Source: a virus
Lineage: Duplodnaviria > Heunggongvirae > Uroviricota > Caudoviricetes
IMG/VR virus record: IMGVR_UViG_3300037418_001222
Strand: one strand, 5' to 3'
Length of the DNA: 49,910 nt
Shown: in pieces, positions 25,905 to 35,454 of the stretch
Numbering within the stretch: the stretch's first letter is position 1
Layout of the letters: every line of letters starts with the position of its first letter
Program-made: the position numbers and the translations under genes
Notes under the pieces: generated by a model
Seen by the model: the letters and a program-made list of their open reading frames with translations, nothing else
Databases searched by the model: none
Told to the model about the DNA's origin: nothing

Positions 25905-26321
25905 CTAGTTTTTTGGCAAATGTGATCTAGTCACCCTTACCATAATCCAAGTATTGTAAAATTCTTCAGGTTTGAACAGAACTTGTTGAGTGAACTGTTC
26001 ATAAGCCTCAAGATAAGAACTCTCTCCAAGAGTCTTACATAAGTGTAAGACTTCTCTCTTAAATTTATGTTTCCCAAGAGTCTCTACATCCTGAGAGAGT
26101 TCTTTATTCGATCCATAATATTCTTTCCAATCACTTTGAACCTTAACTCGCTTCTTCTTTTTCTTGACCGATTTAGTCTTAGTAAAGAAGAGTCGTTTCT
26201 TTCCAATATACTTTCGATTAGTTTCCAAGTTGGTAATTACATACACGAAGGCTTGATAACCATCAACAGTTTCATCTGTGACTGGAGTGTTCTTAATAGT
26301 CCATGGATTCTCATATTCCAT
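25905..26321 (-). CDS. GIY-YIG nuclease-domain protein (short T4-like type)
   Basis: FVYVITNLETNRKYIGKK ... SDWKEYYGS; late-type TAAATA upstream. Confidence 0.85.
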   Translation of the reverse strand: MEYENPWTIKNTPVTDETVDGYQAFVYVITNLETNRKYIGKKRLFFTKTKSVKKKKKRVKVQSDWKEYYGSNKELSQDVETLGKHKFKREVLHLCKTLGESSYLEAYEQFTQQVLFKPEEFYNTWIMVRVTRSHLPKN

Positions 26322-26340
26322 GGACTATTTATTAGTTGTG

Positions 26341-26511
26341 TTAGTCCCTCTTATAACCAACCAAGTTACAAATACTAGCGATGAAGTCGTATGCATTTTC
26401 TATTACGTGATCCATCTGACCAATCGCTTCTTCACAATGGATCTTGTTCTCCTCGATGAACTCTTCACAAAGAGCCCATAGTAGGTCTAGGTCTGAGTCT
26501 CTAAGATTCAT
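26341..26511 (-). CDS. hypothetical protein
   Basis: about 56-aa acidic ORF. Confidence 0.55.
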   Translation of the reverse strand: MNLRDSDLDLLWALCEEFIEENKIHCEEAIGQMDHVIENAYDFIASICNLVGYKRD

Positions 26512-26999
26512 TTCTTGGGTGTCCAATTCGGGTCTAGGCCTTTAACTTCAACTTTATCGTACGTGATCTTCATAGCTGGGTAGTTATCCGGAATAGATCC
26601 TTCATATCCCCACGAGATAGTGATGTGTGGAATATACTCTGGAAAGTCGGACGTAGCTCCATAGTCTCTCTTCAGGTCTGCATTAATGACTTGAAGTTCT
26701 TCTGACTGAACCTGAGCGACTAAGCATCTTCCAAGAGTGCTCTCAAATATCTTCCATCCACAAATGCTTCCTGTAATAGGAAGATCAAAATCGTATTCAT
26801 CTACATCTGGACATGGAGTCTTTGAATAGATAACAGTAGTATGATAGTCATCCTTATCCATTGGCTTTGAGATTCCATTCTCCACCACCCAATCGTATAG
26901 CTTATTCTTATCAGCTTCAGACGGTTTTACATTAACATATGTTCCATGTGAGTGATCGATTTTCTTATCCTCACTGAACAATTCTCTAAATTTAATCAT
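26508..26999 (-). CDS. 2H phosphoesterase, T4 gp57B/Acb1-like
   Basis: two HxT motifs (YHTTVIYS, YIPHITISW) with T4 57B-like spacing. Confidence 0.78.
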   Translation of the reverse strand: MIKFRELFSEDKKIDHSHGTYVNVKPSEADKNKLYDWVVENGISKPMDKDDYHTTVIYSKTPCPDVDEYDFDLPITGSICGWKIFESTLGRCLVAQVQSEELQVINADLKRDYGATSDFPEYIPHITISWGYEGSIPDNYPAMKITYDKVEVKGLDPNWTPKK

Positions 27000-27216
27000 C
27001 TTCATCCTCTTCATTCCAATTTGGATGTAGCTCGTATAGAGCTTCATCGTATGCCGGGTCTTCTCCTAAACACTCGTCCTGAGTATCCCAATCGAATTCC
27101 TCAAATGAGTCGATCAAACCCTTATATATCTCGACACGCTCACCATGATCGAGAACATTATTCTTAATAGACTCAATTACTAAACTAAAGAGTCCACTTC
27201 CACTGGACCATCCCAT
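26992..27216 (-). CDS. hypothetical phage protein
   Basis: MGWSSGS...DWDTQDECLGEDPAYD. Confidence 0.7.
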   Translation of the reverse strand: MGWSSGSGLFSLVIESIKNNVLDHGERVEIYKGLIDSFEEFDWDTQDECLGEDPAYDEALYELHPNWNEEDEDD

Positions 27217-27587
27217 TACCGATTATCTCCGCTTCCTCCGAGCTTTCCTCTTTGCTCTCGGTCTCTTAACTTAGCAATATTCTTCCCTGCAATAGAAGAT
27301 AGATCTGTTCCCAGTTCTCTCGCTGCTGCGGAGAGATACCAGAGAACATCTCCAACTTCTTTTACTAGAAGTTCTCTTCGCTCTTCCGTTAGAGTATTAA
27401 ATGATACTGCATATCTTTCAAATGGTTCTACAAGAGCATCATCACGAAGAGACTTTCCTACGTGTTCTGCTAGCTCTCCAGCCTCACCATTCATCTTGAG
27501 TGCTACATACATTAATCCCAAGGGATTTCCCTGACCAGGATAGATGGCCGTCTTTAGAGACTCACTCTCATATTCTTCAAATGTCAT
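27216..27587 (-). CDS. mazG: MazG-like NTP pyrophosphohydrolase
   Basis: GEAGE, KEVGDVLWY, NIAKLRDR, GSGDNR. Confidence 0.88.
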   Translation of the reverse strand: MTFEEYESESLKTAIYPGQGNPLGLMYVALKMNGEAGELAEHVGKSLRDDALVEPFERYAVSFNTLTEERRELLVKEVGDVLWYLSAAARELGTDLSSIAGKNIAKLRDREQRGKLGGSGDNR

Positions 27588-27763
27588 TTCTTACTTTCTG
27601 ATAAAAATGATTGTGGAACTATTTCGTTCCAACCTTTAGCGAATACATGTTGAACACCGTTCTCATCCTCAACAATCACACCAAATGAGTTTACATCAAC
27701 TACTACAGCCGGAACTTTAGTCTCTACTATAGTAACTTTCTGTCCTATCTCAAAATCATTCAT
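27584..27763 (-). CDS. hypothetical protein
   Basis: MNDFEIGQKV with AAGGAG RBS. Confidence 0.55.
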   Translation of the reverse strand: MNDFEIGQKVTIVETKVPAVVVDVNSFGVIVEDENGVQHVFAKGWNEIVPQSFLSESKK

Positions 27764-27773
27764 TATTCTCTCC

Positions 27774-28838
27774 TTAAAGTTTAAATCCTTTGAATGTTTC
27801 ATTGGTGATGTCATTGTGAACTCCACCAATTGTATAACTCGTAATCTGAGTCTCTTGTGGTGCTACTTGAACCTCAGATCCACCAATCCACTTTGAAGTC
27901 CATGGAAGATTATTCTCCTTAGACTTTGGAACATAGTGAACACCAATAGCATTAGCACACTTCCATGATCGGTGATCCACGAAATCTGAAAGGACCTCTG
28001 CATTCAAACCAAGCATAGATCCATCCCTGAATAGATACTTCGCCCAATCCTTCTCTTGATTAGATACCTCTCTAAAGATCTGCTCTACTTCTTCTTTACA
28101 CTCTTCTGATATTTTAACAAAATCAGGATCACTCTTGGGGAGTGCTCTAATAAGTTGTTGAGTGAAGGCTAAGTGGATGTTCTCGTCTCTAGCGATGAAC
28201 TTAATGATCTTGGCGTTACCTTCCATCTTCTTGAGCTCTGCGAATGCCCACGAGCAAGCAAAAGAAACATAGAATCGAACTCCCTCAAGAGCATTTACAG
28301 CATGAAGACAAAGCCAGAGAGCTTTCTTATGATTATAAGCATTATAACCAGTGCTTCCTCGTGCATCACACAAACGATTATAATTCATCAACTGGAGATT
28401 TGAATAGTATTCTTCGATGTCTCTACGACACGACTGGATTTCTGGAATAGTATCGATAGTATCAAATACTGGAGAAGCATCTGGATAAACGTTCTCGATA
28501 ATGTATTGATATGACCAAGCGTGGATATTCTCTTCAAAGAATTCCCAACACTTCAAGAAGTTTCTAAACTCGGGAATAGAACAAATAGGACCAAATGCTT
28601 CACTTGGAGATGAACCCTGAACAGAATCGAGTAGAATCTGTCTCTTAAGATTAGAGGTAAAGATGTGTTGTTCTGTCTCGGATAGAGATTTAAAGTCCTT
28701 AGAGTCTCTTGATAGTTCCACTTCTTCTGGTTGCCAGAAGAAACCCATTTGTTTCTTAGTTAACTTACGCATCCATGGGTATTTAAGTCTATCAAACCGG
28801 CTCAGAGGAACGTTACCATTAAAGAATATTTTTGTCAT
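27774..28838 (-). CDS. nrdB: class Ia ribonucleotide reductase beta subunit
   Basis: FFWQPEE, LLDSVQ, ENIHAWSY, LEGVRFYVSFA, RDENIH. Confidence 0.96.
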   Translation of the reverse strand: MTKIFFNGNVPLSRFDRLKYPWMRKLTKKQMGFFWQPEEVELSRDSKDFKSLSETEQHIFTSNLKRQILLDSVQGSSPSEAFGPICSIPEFRNFLKCWEFFEENIHAWSYQYIIENVYPDASPVFDTIDTIPEIQSCRRDIEEYYSNLQLMNYNRLCDARGSTGYNAYNHKKALWLCLHAVNALEGVRFYVSFACSWAFAELKKMEGNAKIIKFIARDENIHLAFTQQLIRALPKSDPDFVKISEECKEEVEQIFREVSNQEKDWAKYLFRDGSMLGLNAEVLSDFVDHRSWKCANAIGVHYVPKSKENNLPWTSKWIGGSEVQVAPQETQITSYTIGGVHNDITNETFKGFKL

Positions 28839-28848
28839 TATCTATCAC

Positions 28849-31149
28849 TTAAATCTTACACGAATCACAGGATTCATCTTCATCCTGGGCTATAAACCAC
28901 TCGGTCATCTTCTCGTCTGTCGCTTCCTCACCGGCTGAATCTGCCGTATTCATATAGTAGAGAGTCTTTCCTCCCCACTTGTAATGAAGTAGGAAGTCGG
29001 TCAAGAGTTCTGACATCGGAATCTTACCTTCTAGATAGAACTTTGGATTGTAAGATGTATTGACTGAGATGCACTGGTCGATATATTTTTGAAGAACTGC
29101 CATGATCTTAAGATAACCACGAGGAGATTTCTGATCCCATAAAAGATCATACTTATTCTTTAACTTACGAACTTCTGGAACTACTTGCTTGAGGTGACCA
29201 TCCTTCGATCCCTTAACAGAGACCAGAGCTCGAGGAGGTTCAATTCCATTGGTTGAATTTGATACTTGTGCTGAAGTTTCAGCGGGCATAAGAGCCATGA
29301 GAGTAGAATTTCGAATTCCAAAGTCTCTAAGCATAGATCGTAATTCTTCCCATGGCATGGTGAACTCCGTCTTTCCGGTTAGTTCATCCACTTCCTTGGA
29401 ATACGTGTCGATAGGAAGAATACCATTATGATACTTAGTATCCTTACTTAGAGGACATTGTCCCTTGTCTCTGGCGAGTTCAACTGATGCTCTAATAAGA
29501 TAATACGACCAAGCCTCAGCATAGTCGTCTATAAATCTTAATTGATCTTTAGTTACATCTTGATATGTGATACCATTCTTAGCCAAGAAATACGCAAAGT
29601 TAATGATACCGATTCCCAGTGGCCGTCTATTCATAGTGGATACTTGAGCGGCGATGACAGGATAATCTTGGAAGTCTAACAACTCATCTAGAGCTCTAAC
29701 CAGTAGACGAGCTGGTCTCTTGAAGTCTTCTGGTCTACGGACTCTTCCCCAGTTTTCGGCTGCTAGAGTGCAAAGAGCTATCTCTCCCTCTTTATCGTGT
29801 AGATCATCTAGTGGTTTTGTTGGAAGAGATATCTCTGCGCAGAGATTACTCATTCTAATTGGAGCTCTGTCTGGAAGAAACGCTCCATGAGAGTTAACAT
29901 TATCCACGAACATCGAGTAGATACGACCGGTGTCCTTCCTCTCCTGCATGAAGAGATTGAACAGATCAGAAGCCTTAACTACTTCCTTCTTAATCTTTGG
30001 ATTACGTTCGGCTTCTTCGTATAGTTCTCTGAACTTATCCTGATCCTGAAAGAACGCATCGTATAGTCCTGGAACTGACTTTGGAGAGAATAGAGTGATG
30101 TTTCCATCCTCAATGAGTCTCTCTAACATTAGTCGATTGAATTGGACCCCATAGTCAACGTGTCTAATACGATTGTCTTCTGTTCCCTTATTGTTCTTGA
30201 GTACAAGAAGGGATTGAATTTCGGAATGCCAGATCGGATGATAGATCGTACCTGACCCTCCCCGTACGCCACCTTGAGAACACGACTTGAGAGCTGATAC
30301 AAGAAGCTTGTAGAAGGCAATGTTACCAGTGTGGATAGCATCTCCATTTCGAATAGCCACATCCAAACCACGAAGGTTACCCATACCGAGGCCAATACCA
30401 GCACGATTAGCGACGTACTTAACAGTAGCTCCAGTGGAAGCGATAATAGAATCAAGGGAGTCTCCTACTTCAATTAATACACACGATGAGAATTGTCTCT
30501 TGGGAGTTCTTACTCCAGCCATGATTGGTGTTGGAAGAGAGATATCGAATTCTGAGATGGCATCATACAGATCAGACACCCACTTAAGACGAGAGTTCTT
30601 TTCATAACGGTGGAAGAGAGTAGCGGCGATTAACATAAATGAGACTTGTGGAGTCTCATAGAATTGTTTTGTCTCTCTATTTCTGACTAGATACTTACCA
30701 CGCATCTGTTCCATTCCAGCATAGGCTATCAGGAAGTCTCTGTCATGGTCGATCCACTTGTCCATCTGGTCGAATTCTTCCTCGGTATACCAATCGAGGA
30801 TATCTTCATCGTAGAATCCGGCATCAACTACTCTCTTGACGTGATCATACAAGCGTGGAGGAGTGATCGATCCGTATACGTCCTTACGAAGAGCGTAGTT
30901 TACTAGTCTTCCGGCTACGAACTGATAGTTCGGTGCATCTTCGGTGATCAGTTCATGGGCCGCTTTGATTAGTGCCTCTTGAATATCCGATGTCTTCATT
31001 CCATCGAAGAACTGCATTTGAGTCTTGATCTCGATCTCCGACTCAGATACTCCAGCAATATCCTCACAGGCCCACTGAACTACTCTATGGAGTTTCGATA
31101 TATTTAGCTCTTCTTTTCTTCCATCTCTCTTTGTGACGTTTATCGCCAT
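28849..31149 (-). CDS. nrdA: class Ia ribonucleotide reductase alpha subunit with ATP cone
   Basis: VTKRDG, QFSSCVLI, SNLCAEI, KTLYY, C-terminal CDSCKI. Confidence 0.97.
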   Translation of the reverse strand: MAINVTKRDGRKEELNISKLHRVVQWACEDIAGVSESEIEIKTQMQFFDGMKTSDIQEALIKAAHELITEDAPNYQFVAGRLVNYALRKDVYGSITPPRLYDHVKRVVDAGFYDEDILDWYTEEEFDQMDKWIDHDRDFLIAYAGMEQMRGKYLVRNRETKQFYETPQVSFMLIAATLFHRYEKNSRLKWVSDLYDAISEFDISLPTPIMAGVRTPKRQFSSCVLIEVGDSLDSIIASTGATVKYVANRAGIGLGMGNLRGLDVAIRNGDAIHTGNIAFYKLLVSALKSCSQGGVRGGSGTIYHPIWHSEIQSLLVLKNNKGTEDNRIRHVDYGVQFNRLMLERLIEDGNITLFSPKSVPGLYDAFFQDQDKFRELYEEAERNPKIKKEVVKASDLFNLFMQERKDTGRIYSMFVDNVNSHGAFLPDRAPIRMSNLCAEISLPTKPLDDLHDKEGEIALCTLAAENWGRVRRPEDFKRPARLLVRALDELLDFQDYPVIAAQVSTMNRRPLGIGIINFAYFLAKNGITYQDVTKDQLRFIDDYAEAWSYYLIRASVELARDKGQCPLSKDTKYHNGILPIDTYSKEVDELTGKTEFTMPWEELRSMLRDFGIRNSTLMALMPAETSAQVSNSTNGIEPPRALVSVKGSKDGHLKQVVPEVRKLKNKYDLLWDQKSPRGYLKIMAVLQKYIDQCISVNTSYNPKFYLEGKIPMSELLTDFLLHYKWGGKTLYYMNTADSAGEEATDEKMTEWFIAQDEDESCDSCKI

Positions 31150-31153
31150 CTTT

Positions 31154-31360
31154 TTATTTCCTCTTAACAAATTCATAGCATCTACCTCGCCAATGGAGGT
31201 TTATCTTATCGAAATCGGATGAAAGAAAATCATCCTTTAGATATTCATTAAAGTAGGATTGAGCCGTATACCAAGAGGAGGTTACTTCCTTCTCTCCGTT
31301 CTCAGTGAATCGATCATCACCTCTGAATCGAATAATCTTACACTTAATGATTTTGGACAT
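31154..31360 (-). CDS. hypothetical protein
   Basis: 68-aa ORF between thyX and nrdA. Confidence 0.5.
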   Translation of the reverse strand: MSKIIKCKIIRFRGDDRFTENGEKEVTSSWYTAQSYFNEYLKDDFLSSDFDKINLHWRGRCYEFVKRK

Positions 31361-32024
31361 CCACTACTTCCGTCATCCAGGAGAAGTACTTAACTAGTTC
31401 ATTCCAAGCCGAAGTCGCTATAATCTTATGTTCCTTCTGTGTTCCATTGCCCATACGAAGAGCGCAATAGTGAATCCAACTTCGTAGAGTTCCGGCCATA
31501 TACATTCGAGATACCGTCAGTCCCTCTGGAAGAAAGCATCTCGCCTGTTCCTTAGCAATACCATTATCAATAGCATCCTGATAGAGAGTCATAGCCATAT
31601 TGACTAGAATGTTTTGGTTATTTTCAAACCATTTTTGAGTAACACTATCATCTATTTCGACGGAATTCTGACGGTTCTTTTGATCTTGTAGACGAGCTTC
31701 TCGATTTGTAATGAATCCTAGGTCTGATGTTGGATCGGCGTATCTCTGAGAGAACTCTTGGAAGGAGAAGGAGCGGTGACGAAGAATCTGACGAGCGATG
31801 TCTCTAGTGGTGGTGATCTCCATCGTAACCGATACCATTTCAAACGGACTCCAATGGCTGTTTCTGACCAAGTATTTAAGAAGCCGATCAGACGTCTCGG
31901 TGTTCATCTGGTTTGATGGATTAGATACTCTAGCACAATAGGCTACGAAATCTCCTATCTTCATTGAAGTATTAACCGCGTGAACTAATGGTTGCGTTAA
32001 CGCGACAATCTTAGCTTCGTTCAT
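31344..32024 (-). CDS. thyX: FAD-dependent thymidylate synthase
   Basis: HWSPFE, RQILRHRSFSFQEFSQRY, TQKEH. Confidence 0.96.
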   Translation of the reverse strand: MNEAKIVALTQPLVHAVNTSMKIGDFVAYCARVSNPSNQMNTETSDRLLKYLVRNSHWSPFEMVSVTMEITTTRDIARQILRHRSFSFQEFSQRYADPTSDLGFITNREARLQDQKNRQNSVEIDDSVTQKWFENNQNILVNMAMTLYQDAIDNGIAKEQARCFLPEGLTVSRMYMAGTLRSWIHYCALRMGNGTQKEHKIIATSAWNELVKYFSWMTEVVDVQNH

Positions 32025-33034
32025 ACTCTCTTCCATTCATTCAACTGAAGCTCAGCGTGAAGTCCGCTGAATGTATTTCTATCTATAATCTCTCGCACGT
32101 CACTCGCGGACATTTTTCCATCCGTAATCATTTCATTCACATCTTTCTGTTGAAGACCCTGAGGCCATATACAAACTTTTAATCCGTGCTTGATGCACTT
32201 CTCGATCTTGTTAACCGTCTCTCTGCTTCTGGGCTCATTGTCGAATACCATGATGGAGTTATCGAGGTTGAGATACCTAAGAGTGCTGAATTCAACGCCT
32301 CCAGCAGTAGCGACTCCATTGGGAAGGAACATTGCGTCAATTGGACCTTCGAGAATGTATGATCTTTTCCCCTTGTCGTAATGATCGAGTCCCCACAGCT
32401 TCGGGATTGAACTATCAATCTGCAGCGTAAGATATCTAACGTCTCCTCGAAAATAACGACCCTGAAGCGCATGAAGTCTCTTCTCTCGATTAAGGAACGG
32501 AATGACGAGAGCCGAAGAATCGTGTCGGAGAGCTCGCTCATCGAATTTTCCAGGGATGATCTCGTTACACCAAGCCATGAACTTAGGTGCATAGAATAGT
32601 CTAGAATGAAACGGTGTTGGGATCTGTCTCCCAGCGACATATCTCTTGCAGTAATGGTCTGGAGCAAGTTGGCTCACCTTCTTTAAGTCTTTTAGTGCCG
32701 TTTCTGTGATGAACTTGGGCTTGGTCATCGTCAAGATTGGATCTGGTTCTGACCTAGGTTCATCCATCATCTTGTCGGCCAGATAGTCCGAATATAAGAA
32801 CTCGTCTACTCTCTTCAAGAACTTATAAAAGGCCATCGTACCACAGCCATTGTGACAGTGATATAACCAGTTTCCGTTTTTGATATAGAAGTATCCTCTG
32901 GCCTTACGCTTATCCTTCTCCGAGTCACCACATAGAGGACAGGAGGTATTGTAGAGGGATCCAGATTTTCTCTTGAAGTTTCGGAGCCTAGTTCCGATGA
33001 TATCAATATACTTGGAGTCAATCCAAGTGGACAT
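32021..33034 (-). CDS. gp61: DNA primase (T4 gp61-like)
   Basis: CPLCGDS...HCHNGCG zinc finger, EGPIDAMF, FDNEPR, KDVNEM TOPRIM. Confidence 0.93.
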   Translation of the reverse strand: MSTWIDSKYIDIIGTRLRNFKRKSGSLYNTSCPLCGDSEKDKRKARGYFYIKNGNWLYHCHNGCGTMAFYKFLKRVDEFLYSDYLADKMMDEPRSEPDPILTMTKPKFITETALKDLKKVSQLAPDHYCKRYVAGRQIPTPFHSRLFYAPKFMAWCNEIIPGKFDERALRHDSSALVIPFLNREKRLHALQGRYFRGDVRYLTLQIDSSIPKLWGLDHYDKGKRSYILEGPIDAMFLPNGVATAGGVEFSTLRYLNLDNSIMVFDNEPRSRETVNKIEKCIKHGLKVCIWPQGLQQKDVNEMITDGKMSASDVREIIDRNTFSGLHAELQLNEWKRV

Positions 33035-33100
33035 ATTACTACTACTCAGCTTGTTGGGGATAGCCCATTATACACTAGTTTAGTAGCCTTGTAAAGGAAT

Positions 33101-33703
33101 TTATGCTTTGAAAGCAGGCTTACCAGTTCTGTCTTTAGCTGTAGTAGAACGAACTTTAATTGGAGTCTTCTTGATGATGTGAACCTGATTAGGATGAGTA
33201 ATAATGTAACTCTTCTTTCCGGTATGTTCAAATGCGTTTCTATATGCTAGGGTGTGCACACCCTTTGATCGAATTGCATTAGCCATGTACTGAGTTGCTC
33301 GCATATTCCTGGTTCCGGAATAATCATTCGTTCCATCTTCTTTATGGATCTTCTGTATTGCTGTATAGTGTTGATTATGCTCTTCTTTAGAGAATAAACC
33401 TGAATGATGTAATTGTGATAAGAGGTCGAGATTACCGTGTTCTCCACCATCTCCATTCAAGTGATGAATGTTTCCAGGGCTTAAACGAGCTTTGTAGTGA
33501 GTTCTTTCTCTATAATCTGCGTTGTCTGAAATTTCTTCTGGTTTGCGAGCGTTAGCATACGATCCAACCTGTCTGGCTGCTTTATATGTTCCAAAGTGTG
33601 ACAATGGATGAAAGTGATCGATATTAGGTTCTGGTGAAATATGGTGAACGGTTTCGTGTCCGTTTTGATTCACCTCACTTAATATATCACGAAGACGTTT
33701 CAT
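33101..33703 (-). CDS. putative internal head protein
   Basis: MKRLRDILSE N-terminus, His-rich, within the late operon. Confidence 0.55.
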   Translation of the reverse strand: MKRLRDILSEVNQNGHETVHHISPEPNIDHFHPLSHFGTYKAARQVGSYANARKPEEISDNADYRERTHYKARLSPGNIHHLNGDGGEHGNLDLLSQLHHSGLFSKEEHNQHYTAIQKIHKEDGTNDYSGTRNMRATQYMANAIRSKGVHTLAYRNAFEHTGKKSYIITHPNQVHIIKKTPIKVRSTTAKDRTGKPAFKA

Positions 33704-34200
33704 TAGTGTAGGGCCCAGAGCGTCTCTACTAGCATATGAATGATGAATCCTAGAATAGTTCCACCACCAATTAGAATGTAGGCAAATCTCTCTAGCTTAC
33801 CAACTCTCTTAGTTACTGAATCGAGTTTCTTCTCGATATCAGCCTCAATCTCTGTTCTCATATTTTCCGTCTCATGATGAATGTCTTCCTTAAGATCATC
33901 AACCTTAGTGTGCAGACCTTTGATCTCTGTTAGGATCTCTTTCTGACCATCTGACATCTCTTGACGCAACCTCTGTTCTGTGGAAGACAGGCGAGAGTGA
34001 AGTTGAGCGTCAGCTTCTTTCGACTCCTTAGCATGTTCTTCCTGTGTTTCTAGTCTTTTCTCATGCACTGCGAGTAATTTCGAAACATTCAGAGAAACTT
34101 CGGACATCTTATCAAGCGCAGAATCAAACTTGGAAACCATAACCTCTTGGCCGGCAACCTTCTTTTCAAGATCAATTAAACGGTGATTAACATCAGTCAT
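33703..34200 (-). CDS. coiled-coil protein with C-terminal TM helix (holin candidate)
   Basis: LLAVHEKRL motif, long coiled coil, RVGKLERFAYILIGGGTILGFII. Confidence 0.65.
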   Translation of the reverse strand: MTDVNHRLIDLEKKVAGQEVMVSKFDSALDKMSEVSLNVSKLLAVHEKRLETQEEHAKESKEADAQLHSRLSSTEQRLRQEMSDGQKEILTEIKGLHTKVDDLKEDIHHETENMRTEIEADIEKKLDSVTKRVGKLERFAYILIGGGTILGFIIHMLVETLWALH

Positions 34201-34493
34201 GGGGTTTTCCTAGTTAACATCCTTGCCTTATTTAGAATAACTTTCAATCGTTTTTTTGGAACACCTGGTTCCGAATCTGGGTGTGGTCCGGTTCCAATTC
34301 CCTTAATTGCACCAGATCCAGCATTATTAACTGGAACAGCATCTTCACCCAATGATCTAATTGGAACCACTGCAGACTTTTTAAGTCCTGCTTTCTTTAA
34401 TCTTTTGTGCTCATCATCTGCCTTAGATTTAGTAAGGTGTGACTTAGATACAAATGGTTTACCATTTAAAGATCCAACAATATGATATGCCAT
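34197..34493 (-). CDS. hypothetical late protein
   Basis: EDAVPVNNAGSGAIKGIG...EPGV motif common in T4-like late ORFs. Confidence 0.65.
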   Translation of the reverse strand: MAYHIVGSLNGKPFVSKSHLTKSKADDEHKRLKKAGLKKSAVVPIRSLGEDAVPVNNAGSGAIKGIGTGPHPDSEPGVPKKRLKVILNKARMLTRKTP

Positions 34494-34882
34494 TATAGTT
34501 GCCTCAATGCCGATACTATAGTTTGATCCATTGGAATCGTATCCGTCAAGATCATCTTCTGATTCCTAATTCCATATATTCTGTCCGGTAGAATACTTAA
34601 CTGGAGTAGGAACGGTTTAATATACATAAGGTGCTTATCCAGTTTCAGGAAGAGCATCCTGGTAAGTGGACGAGCACCGAATACATTATTCAATACTATG
34701 AGATGGTTTAGTATAAGTCGTTCTTTTAGATCACCCGTCTCTATATACCTAGTAATTAGCTTCTTAATGTATTTGATTCGATTGATATCCTCATTGAACT
34801 CATCTATAGAGCAACACTGAGGATTATCATAGTGCTTCATCGCATACATAATGAAATTGGAGTCAGTCAGTTTATCGTACAT
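34493..34882 (-). CDS. conserved T4-like late protein
   Basis: NFIMYAMKHYDNPQC...LKERLILNHLIVLNNVFG. Confidence 0.8.
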   Translation of the reverse strand: MYDKLTDSNFIMYAMKHYDNPQCCSIDEFNEDINRIKYIKKLITRYIETGDLKERLILNHLIVLNNVFGARPLTRMLFLKLDKHLMYIKPFLLQLSILPDRIYGIRNQKMILTDTIPMDQTIVSALRQL

Positions 34883-34926
34883 CACTTACACAAAATAAAG
34901 GAGGGAGTATTTCATCCCTCCGAAAA

Positions 34927-35418
34927 TTATAGAGTTGAGTTATTGGCTGACATGCTTGGAACTGTAACAAGAACTTCTGTTTGAACTCTTCCTGCTCTTC
35001 CTCCAAGAACTGGAGTTAGAGTAGCACCGGCTCCAGCACCAGTTGTAATTGTTACTGTAGCACTTGAAACGTTAGTAAATCCCTTACCACCCGAGCTTAG
35101 ATTGACTGCAGTGATTACACCGTTTCCATTAGTAACTACATTAGCAGCAGCATTAACCGTTCCACCAGAGACCTTAACAGTATCTGAGTTAGAATAGCCG
35201 GTTCCAGCAGCAGTGATAGTAAGTGAAGTTACAGGACCGGTTCCGTATTGTACACGAACCCAACCTGGATTTGATGCTTTCTTTCCAGAATGAATCTCGC
35301 CCTTGTCAAGACCCACAACAGTCGTTCCATACAGCTGAACGCCTGTATTTGGACTATCAGGTAGAATCTTATACTTTGGCGCATTATTAGCCTGGTCTTT
35401 AGAACCCCATAGACTCAC
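34927..35418 (-). CDS. putative virion structural protein
   Basis: MSLWG N-terminus, PGWV, Gly/Thr-rich beta repeats (AGTGYS, GGKGFT), GRVQTEVLV; TATAAATA upstream. Confidence 0.7.
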   Translation of the reverse strand: MSLWGSKDQANNAPKYKILPDSPNTGVQLYGTTVVGLDKGEIHSGKKASNPGWVRVQYGTGPVTSLTITAAGTGYSNSDTVKVSGGTVNAAANVVTNGNGVITAVNLSSGGKGFTNVSSATVTITTGAGAGATLTPVLGGRAGRVQTEVLVTVPSMSANNSTL

Positions 35419-35454
35419 GACTGTTCTCCTCTTTTCTTTATTCTATTTATAGGA

